Virus record (IMG/VR): IMGVR_UViG_3300032216_000679
Location: 7,408 to 71,407 of that record
Reading direction: 5' to 3' (one strand)
DNA from: a virus
Taxonomy: Duplodnaviria > Caudoviricetes
DNA length: 64,000 bases
Shown here: positions 19,105 to 28,800 of the stretch, piece after piece
Layout of the letters: each line of letters starts with the position of its first letter
Numbering within the stretch: position 1 is the first letter of the stretch
Made by a program: the position numbers and the translations under genes
The notes under the pieces: model-generated
The model's input: the letters and a program-made list of their open reading frames with translations, nothing else
What the model was told of the DNA's origin: nothing
Database searches by the model: none

Positions 19105-19132
19105 TACCTTTCAAACCTAGAAAGGGATAAAA

Positions 19133-19468
19133 ATGGCTACATCAGTTTATGAAGAAGAAGTATTGAAATTAATGGATGGTTCTGAAATTAAGATGCGTCC
19201 ATTGAAAATCTCTTTGCTTCGTGACTTTATGAAAAAGTTTGATACTGTTGTTGAGGTTGCCTCCTCCAATGTTGATTCAATGGATATTCTTGTTGAATGT
19301 GCAATGATTGCTATGAAGCAGTACCGTCCAGAACTTGCTCAAGATAGAGAAAAGTTTGAAGACGTTGCAGATATTAAAATGGTCTACAAGATCATTGAGG
19401 TTGCTTCTGGCATCAAGTTGGACGCAGAGGGAAACGATCTAGCGGCGGGACTACTTGGAACGAACTAG
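19133..19468 (+). CDS. tail assembly chaperone (gpG-like)
   Basis: lies between tail tube and tape measure; slippery heptamer near its 3' end. Confidence 0.8.
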   Translation: MATSVYEEEVLKLMDGSEIKMRPLKISLLRDFMKKFDTVVEVASSNVDSMDILVECAMIAMKQYRPELAQDREKFEDVADIKMVYKIIEVASGIKLDAEGNDLAAGLLGTN

Positions 19469-19836
19469 ATCTCGCCACAATTGAGGCAGAGGTTTTTCTT
19501 TTAGGCAATTGGAAAGATTTTGCTGAGTTAGAAGATAGTCTTTCCATGCCTGAACTTACCGCTACTCTTACAGCGGCAAGAGATATAGAAGAAAGAAAAA
19601 ATCGTTTTCTCGCTGCCATTCAAGGTATAGATCTTGATGGATCTTCTTCTCCTGAAAAGGGACAAAAAGAATGGGAAGACATGAAGGCCAGAGTCTTTAG
19701 TGGCGGCACGGCAACAGACTCTAATGATATTATTTCCTTACAAGGAATCAATGCTGCTAAGGCTGGATTTGGTATTGGCGACGGCCTTGATTATGTCAAT
19801 ACTATAGATAATAATTCTATAAATCCCTTTGCCTAA
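19133..19836 (+). CDS. frameshift-extended tail assembly chaperone (gpGT-like); includes track ORF 19546..19836
   Basis: the -1 frame reads ...SGGTTWNELDLATIEAEVFLLGNWKDFAELEDSLSMPELTATL... Confidence 0.75.
19429..19435 (+). other. -1 programmed ribosomal frameshift site G GGA AAC
   Basis: X XXY YYZ heptamer in the chaperone frame; the -1 frame is open from 19399 to the stop at 19836. Confidence 0.8.
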
Positions 19837-19837
19837 A

Positions 19838-19846
19838 TGATATAAT
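19838..19846 (+). promoter_or_regulatory. extended -10 TGATATAAT upstream of the tape measure gene
   Basis: motif; SD GGTGA follows. Confidence 0.6.
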
Positions 19847-19865
19847 TAATAATGGTGAATAATTA

Positions 19866-22800
19866 ATGGCAGATGTGAATGCAAATATAGATATCAATAT
19901 TGATTCATCTAATGCCGTTGCCAATCTACGCAGACTTGAATTAGCAATAAATGATTATCAAAGAAATATTGCTTCTGCAAATACCGCTGCTGCTAATAGC
20001 AGTGCAGCATTAAATCGTGCTCTTGTTGACGGTATAAATAATACTGGGATGTTCTCAGCAAAGATTGCCCCAGCCACAGATTCTGTTGGTCGTTTTACCA
20101 CAGCACTTGAAAAGAATAAACTTTCTCTTGGAGAGTATACAAAGTATGCAGCATCTCAATTACCTGGATTAAGCAGGGTATTTAGAAGAGAATTTGACAC
20201 GATGCAGCAAGTTGCTGAATCACGAGTCAAAAAAATGCAAACTCAATACCTTGCTTTGGGTCAAACAATAGATGGAACTGCAAGATCAATATCTATGATG
20301 CCAAGAGGTTTGGCCCCTGGATATGCTACTGATGTTGCCCTTGCAACTCAGCGTCATCAAATGCTCAATAAGATGATTGATGATGGATCAACAAAACTTC
20401 TTAACTGGGGCAAAAATACTCAATGGGCTGGTCGTCAGTTGATGGTCGGCTTTAGTATTCCTTTGGCGGCACTTGGAGTAACAGCATCAAAAACATTTAT
20501 GGAAATTGATAAGGCTACAACTTCATTAAAAAGAGTTTATGGAGACTTAAGCACTACCTCAGAAGAAGTAAATAAAAATATTGCTGCCATCAATGCTTTG
20601 GGAAAAGAATATACCAAGTATGGAATTGCTCTTTCTGATACAGTAAATGTTGCTGCTACTGCTGCTGCCGCAGGTATGAAAAACGAACAACTTACCGCTA
20701 ACACAAAAGAATCATTGAGACTTGCTACATTGGGTCAAATTGATTATCAACAGGCTCTAACAACAACTATTACTTTGCAAAATGCTTTTGGCACAAGTAA
20801 TAAAGAACTTGCTCCTACAGTAGATTTTATTGGTGCTGTCGCAAACCAAACAGTTTTAAGTGTTGATGATCTCACTCAAGCAATTCCAAGAGTTGCTCCA
20901 GTAATTAAAGGTTTGGGCGGCGATGTAAAGGATCTTGCCGTCCTGCTCGTTGCTATGCGTGAAGGAGGTGTTAGTGCAGAACAGGGTGCAAACGCATTAA
21001 AATCTGGTCTTGCCAATTTAATTAATCCAACTAAATCTGCTACTGAAGCGACAGCAAAATATGGAATAAGTTTGCAATCAATAATAGAGACTAATAAGGG
21101 CGACATTATGGGAACAATAAAGTCTTTAGCATCAGCATTATCCAATCTAGATGAGTTCAGTCGTCAACAAGTTTTAGAAAAAGTTTTTGGTAAGTATCAG
21201 TTTGCTCGTATTGGAGCATTGTTTGATCATATTAATGAAAAAACTGGTCAAGTAAAGCAGGCAATGGATCTTCTTGGCATGAGTACTCAAGATCTTTCAA
21301 AAGTATCAGAAAAATCATTAACGGCAATATCAGAATCTACAAGTGTCAAATTTAAAGCCACTCTTGAACAATTAAAAATTTCAATTGCTCCGCTTGGTCA
21401 AGCATTTCTTAAAGGCATTACTCCAATTGTAAGCATGGTTAGCAAAGTTGCCGATGCTTTTAATAATCTTCCAGATGGAGTAAAAAATGTTGTTGCTGTT
21501 ATTATTGCCGCTGTTGCTGGATTAGGTCCAGTTATTCTTATGTCTGTAGGTCTTCTTGCTAATGGTTTTGCAAATATCGTTAAAGTTATTCAAGTATTTA
21601 GAAAAGGTCTTGCTGGCATTCGTGGAGATGCAGATTCTTTTAAATATCTTTCTACTGCTGAAATTGAGGCTGCCGCTGCAACAGATGCATTAGAAGGAAG
21701 TGTTCAAAGTTTAACGGGAAAACTTTTATTACAAAAAGGCGCTGTTTCTTCACTAACTCAAGAATATTTAAGATTTATTGATGTTGCAGGTGTGGCGGCG
21801 GCTGTAGATGGTATTGGAGGATTTGGTGGTATAGCAGGAGGAATGCCAACAAGGGGCGCTGCTGCAACACGAGGAGCATCAAAAGCAGCAATGCGTATGG
21901 CAACGGGCGGTATTGTTCCTGGCACTGGAAGTGGAGATACAATCCCCGCTCTTCTTACTCCTGGTGAAAGCGTTATAACTAAAGAAGCCACACAAAAATA
22001 TGCTCCAATTCTTCATGAAATGAATAAGGGAACTCTTCCTGGATTTGCTGGAGGTCTTATTGGTAAAACACTTTCCTCTTTAATGACAACAAGAAGTGGA
22101 ATTCCAGGGATAACGCGTGGAAGAATTCCTCTTTTACAAAAAATGACAGACATTGCTGCATCAAGAGGAATTAGGCCAATGGGTGGAAGAATGTTAGATC
22201 CATCAAAGCCCCCCACACTTGAAAGAGGGGAAGGAACATATGCAGCAGTTGCAATTACTAAAGGGCATGTTGCTCCAAAAATTCAGTCAGGAAATGGTGA
22301 TGCATATCATCCAGGATTAATGTTTTGGCAAGGTAAAGAAGTAAACCATTTATTAAGTAAAAGTAGTGTTACTGGTCAACAAATATTATCAGATTTTAAA
22401 TTATTAGAAAAGAGTGGAGTTTACCCACCATCTCTAATGATCTCTGCGGCAAGAAAACTTGGATTAAAAGAAGAAACAATAGATGCCGCATATGCTGAAT
22501 TAAAGAAGCAACTTAGAAATAAAAGAGATCATATATTTAAGGATTCTGATTTCTTAGATTTTGCTGGAAAAATTTTGTATGAAAAAATGGATAAGGATGT
22601 ATTCTCTACGTTGTTTAATATTGGAACTTTAAGGTCTAAAGGAAAATCTGTTGATGCTCTTACATATGATCAATTTAAACAAAATCATTTTTCTTTAGGT
22701 GGAATATCTATTGGTCAAGCATTAAGAACTTGGCAAACAAGTTCTAGACAAGTTAGAGAGAATCCTGAATTACTTGCTGCAATTATGGGTGGTATGCAAC

Positions 22801-25800
22801 AATCCTCTACATCACGAACTCTTCATAGATCAACAACCTTAGGTCTTGGAAGAGGAAGTGAATTCAATCCACAAGAATCAGCAATTCTTTTTGAAGCATT
22901 AAGATCAGGAAATGTTGGAAGTCTTGTAGGAAGAGAATTTTCAATTGACTCTCCAGTAAGTTATACCGCTGGAGGATTGGGCGGCACGCTTGGGGCGCTT
23001 GCACAAAATACAGATGTTAATAGAATTAATTCTTTAATCAATCAGTTGTATCAAAGAAAAAATAGAAGGGCTGACGACCTTAAACTTTTAGAAAAAGCAA
23101 GAAGAAATTTTGATGCTGGAATTATGCCAGATCTCAATGAAAAAAGAATAAAAGAACTTGAACAAAAAACAGAAAAAACTAAATATCTTGCAGAACAAAA
23201 AAGACTTCAGCAACAAATAAAAGAACTTGCTCCACGCGGATATCAAAATGTTGTTTTTGAGCAAAGATTTCCAAAGGGCAGTCCCCTTCTTGATGTAAAC
23301 GCAGCAACGGGTGGCGCTGGAACTTACATGGGGCAAAACGTTGCTCATGAACAAGAATTTATTTCTCCTGGATCAAGGGTAAGGGTTGTTGATGTTCAAG
23401 TAGATCCAAAAACTGGATTAACAAAAATAATTACTGAAGCATTGCCAATGAAATTTGCTAGTGGAGGAATTGTTCCTGGTACAGGAAATAAGGACACTAT
23501 CCCAGCCCTTCTTACTCCTGGAGAATCTGTTATCAACAAAAAGGCAACTCAAAAATATGCGCCAATACTTCATCAAATGAATCAAGGAACTTTGCGAGGG
23601 TTTGCATTGGGTGATGAAGATATTCAAAGTACAAGAAGATATGGATCTACCACTCATAAAGCATTAAAAGAGGAACTAATGTCTTTGCCAATATCTCAAG
23701 AACAATTGGCAATGGAACTTGAAAGATTAGATAGAGCACAATTAGCAGCGCAAGCATCTGCAATAGCACTTGAAGAATTTTATATAAGACAAAATAATGG
23801 AATGGAATTAACACAAAGACAATTAAATGCCATTGAACAAGCCAAGCAAGTTGATCGTGCTCATGCTGTTGCTTACGAGGGAGAAAAATATTCTCCTGAG
23901 AATTGGACCAAAGATATGTGGCAAATTGCTCCAAGGCAACAAAATGCAATGTCTCAATCAATGGCTCAAAGCCCTAGAAATCAAGAAGTATATTTTGCAG
24001 AACTTGAAAAAATGAAATTAAATGAAGAAGAAGCGGCTTCAATTAGACATAAAATAGTTAATGATCTTCAATTAACAGATAAAGAATTGATAATTCAAAA
24101 TCAAGTATTATCAAATATTGTTGATAAAATTGAAGAGGGAACAATTAAGCAACATCAGATATCTGATAATTTCCATGCTTGGGCAGTTTCAACTATTGCA
24201 GCAACAGAAGCAATGTTTTCTCCTGAACTTTTAAAGGCAAGTCAGAAAAAAGAAAAAAATGATGGAAGATACATTGCTCCAGGACAATATTTATATAATA
24301 CAAAATTACAAGAAGAAAAGTCAAAGACTGGTGACTATATTCCAAGAGGTCCGTTAGCAGCGCTTTTTAGAGAAAATGGTGCAATAGGAAAAGATCGTCC
24401 TATTTTATCAGCAGGGAAAGTATTTCCATCAAGAAATTTTTCTGAGATTGAAGGGAATCCAATTCCAAAAGTTAGAGAAGAAATTGTTAAATCAGGAAGA
24501 CTTGTAGGGAAAAGTATTGCAGATTCATTAAAAACTATTCCTCAATCAGCAAAAGAGTTATCTGCTGCTACTCAAACTTCTATAACTCAAACAAAATCTC
24601 AATCAAAAAATATTTTTTCATCAATGGCATCAACAATTTCTCCCGTTACTGATCTTTTTGCCAAACAAAGCGAAAGAAAGCAAGCGGCAACAAGAAAAGG
24701 AACTTATGACGCTAATTTGCGTGCCGCAGCAGGAAAAGCATCAACATTAACATTGCCAAGGGTTCCTGGAATAATTGGTCTTGAACAAATGCCGTCACAA
24801 ATTTCTAATGCTCTTAAAGATGTTGTTTATAACATAAAATCTGGCGACCTTCAATTAAAAGAAGGATTTTCAATAATTGGAAAAGATTTAATGACAAATG
24901 GAAAAATTCTTTCAGGAAACATAAAAACCACATTGTCAGAAACGGCACAAAAGGTTTCTTTGCAACTTTCTCAAGCAGGAAATACAATGAAAGATGCAAT
25001 GATAGGTGCTGAATTAAAAATTAGAGAGGCTAGCGCAAAAACAGCAGGAAGAATTTCTGGAGGAATATCTTCAGCAGGCAATTGGCTATATGGCAAAGAA
25101 GGAAACGAATTAAGTAGATCCCAAAAATTTGGAAATAAAGCGATGGGTGCGAGCATGGCCTTAGGAATGGCGTCCATGCTTCCTATGATGTTACAAGATA
25201 AAAATGGCAAAGCCCTAGGCATGGATGCAGGTAAACTATCAATGACTATGATGGGCGGAAGTGCCATCTTGGGCATTCTTCCAATGCTTGGTCCAGCAGC
25301 AGTTCCAGTAGCAGCATTGGCTGGAGCCGCAGCAATTGCGGGGGTATCATTAAATAAGTGGAGAAGTAGCCTTGATGATGCTGCAAAAGATGCTGCAACA
25401 TTAGGTTCAAATATGGGTGGCGCAGCAAATGCAGTAGGAAGAATGGCAGACATTCTTGGAGCAACAGATCCATTAAAGGCAAGACAAACTTTGCAATTAG
25501 CGGTTGCACCTAAACAACAAGAAGAGTTTTCAAAATATTCTTCAATGTTGCAAGAAGGTGCTGGAAAACAGTTTATTGAAGAACTTCAGGCAGCAACTTC
25601 TGAGGAAAGATTTTCTAAACTTTCGAGTTATTTGAAAAATGCTATAGCAGCAGGAATGCTTAATGAGGATCAAGCAAAATTATTTTCTAAAGCAGTGGGC
25701 TTTCAATTAAACGATGTTTTACTTGGCATAAGAGCGGGAGGATCAGCAAGTGGACAAAAAACAGGATCTGCCGCACTTCTTGAATTAGCAAGACAAAGAG

Positions 25801-28800
25801 AAAATGCTGTATCTGGCAATGGAAGAATAAAGTCTGTTATTAATTCTAATATGCCAGATAGTGTTAATTCCGCAGATGCGGCATTTGCTATAGGCGCTGG
25901 AACACAAATATCTCAGGCATATAGCGAAGCAGCAGCAAAAGCAAATGAAGATTATAAAAATGGAATAATAACTTTTAAAGAACTTACAAACACTGTCAAT
26001 GAAACAAAAATTGCAATTTCTAAATGGGGAAGTGTTGTTCAAAAGGCAACACAAAATACTGATGATACTGGTGCCACTGCTCAAGGAACACAGGCAGCAA
26101 TGGCCCTTGCTGGCGTTACAGAAGATCAAAGAAATGCATTGCAAGATGTATATAACAATGCTTATAAGACAGCAAGCGAAAATACTTCTGGCGCTCAAAT
26201 GCAATTCTTGAATAAACAAGGAACATCATATGGGAAAGCAATCGGTTCTGAGGCTGGATATAAATACTTAGAAAATAAAGCAACAGGTGCTGGCTATGAA
26301 GCAAACATGCAAGGCGTACAAGCGTATATGGAAAAGGGTGGAGAAAAGGCTCAAAAAGATTTATTATTAGCACAAAAAATATCTGATCAATTAAAATTGG
26401 CAACAAAAAATGATGCCTTACAATCTGCTATGAATTTAGCAGTTTCAAACGGCATGATAAACCCATCACAAGCGTCATCAAATCTTAATGCAATTGTTAA
26501 TGATCCAAAAGCATTAGAATATTTTAATAATGCTGGTCAAACTGCACAAGCGTTTACAGACGCATTATCAAAAGCAAATTCAGACATACTATTTTCTTCT
26601 GAAGAATATAAAAATAGGTTGACAAATTTAGCAATTAGTCTTCCAACAGATGAACTAAGAAATTCTCTTAATGCCTATGTTTCATCTGCAAATTCAGAAA
26701 CAGAAAGTAAATCAAGGCTTAATAGGGTTGTTAATTTGCGTGGTGCGCCTAATGGCAGAGAATTACAAGCACAATTCTTAAACAATGTAGATATTGCAAA
26801 TCAGTATGGATATAATGCAGATATTATTCAATCAAGAAAAGGATTTAAAGATATCCTTGGCCTTAATAGTTTTGGTTTTCCTACTGATAAAAATAGTGCT
26901 AAAAATCTTGCAAATTATAATAAATCTTTAAGTGCTGCTGGACAAGCAGGATTATCTCAAGGAGCAGTAAATTATGCTACCGAAAAAGGTGGAAAAAATG
27001 CTTCTTCTAAAATAAACAATTTAATTTCAGATTATCAAAAATTAATGGCTATGCCAGAAGAAGTAAGGTTAGCAATAAATATAGATACAAATAAGGGCGA
27101 AGATCTTGATAAATTTGGTCCAGAAGCAGAAAAATTAACTGCAAACTGGAACATTCTTCAAAATTTAAATCCAAATATTGATATTTCTTTAGTGGCAAAA
27201 TGGGTAATGACTGATGGAAATGGAAATGCTTTAGATCCTGCTGAAACAACTTTAAGGATGCTTAAGTTAAATAAAGCAATGGATCAGTTTAACAAGTCTG
27301 GCAAAAAGGGAAGATATCAAGCATCAGTAGATATTGTTACTGCATTAACAAATGAGGGAAAGAGTTTAACTCAAGGCATTACTCCAGAAGATGTTGTCAA
27401 AGATGTTGAGATGAAATTAGCAAAAATTGGTAAAAAACTTTCAGACCTTACTCCAGAACAGGCGTCAGCAGTCTTTCAAATAGACGTTTCAACATTAATT
27501 ACTGGTGCAGATATTGCTGCAAAAGCAGCAGAAATAACAACAAAGATGACTGAGACAAAAGATGTTGGTGATAAGTTAATGTATGCAAGAGAACTAGAAG
27601 CATTAACTACTTCAACACAGGCACTTAACACAGATACTGAGGCAGCCATGTTTGCTGCCGCCACCACGCCAACTAGTTCTGGTTCAGGTGGAGGAGGAGG
27701 TTCAGCAGATTTTAGAAAACAACTTATAAAAGACACTCAAGCAAATACCAATCTCTTTGTAAAGGCAAAAGGTGCTCCTAATGGATTGTTGCAACAATTT
27801 AAAAATGATTTTAAAAAGAAGGCTGGATTCAATCTTCCTCAAACAATTTTGGATCAAATTGGTGTTGGCGTAGAAGGAGAAAAAAATCTTACTTTATTGA
27901 AAAAAATGGGAATAGATAAGTTTGTCGCTTTTATTAAAAAATATTTAAAGTCACTAGCAGGGCAGGCTTCAGCAGCAATTGATGACGAGATTACTGCTAA
28001 CAATAAAAAAGTTGAAGCCATTAGAAGCATGAAGGCGGCAGGATATAGTGAGGACCAAGTTCAAGCCGCCCTAGCAAGTGATTCATTTATGCAAGAACTT
28101 GATGCTATGGGAAATACTTCTAAAGGCGCTCAAGGATTACGATCACAACTTGATAGACTTACCGCTTCTCAAAAAGCAGTAACAGATGCCTCAATGACAG
28201 CAGAACAAGCATTGCAAAATCAACGTGATGCAATGCAAAAAGATGCCGACATTATTAACAATGCCCTTGCAAAACAAGAAGATCAAATTAAAATTGACAA
28301 TGCTGCCAAATTCTTAGCAGACAATGGAATGACAACAGATCAAATGCACCATCAAATTGATGCTAATAATAAAATTATTCAACAAGAACAAGATAAGATT
28401 AATGCAAAGCAATCACAAATTGATTCATTGAATAGACAAAATGAATTAAACAATAGAATTTCTGATGCATTAAGTCATGATCTTGACATAATGAGCCAAC
28501 AAGAACAAAAAATTAGAGAAACATATCAAAAGAGAATTGATGCTCTTAACAAGGTTGCTGAAATAAATGATCATATTGCACAACAACAACAAGATCAAAT
28601 TGGTTTTGCCAAAGCATTAAGCGAGGGTGACGTTTATGCCGCTGCTCAAGCAGCACAACAAATGCAACAAAACGATATTCAATATGCTAGAAAACAACAA
28701 CAAGATGCTTTGCAAACAGGAATGCAAAATGAAGTAGACAATCTTAAAACTCCTAGTGGTTTAACAAAAAAGCAAGCAGAACAACAAATTAATGCTATTA

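Noticed and set aside
20876-27736. Many minus-strand ORFs over the tape measure gene (for example 24971..25453 and 25785..26219)
   Set aside because: Antisense shadows of an Ala/Gly-rich gene; no SD, promoter or recognisable motif.
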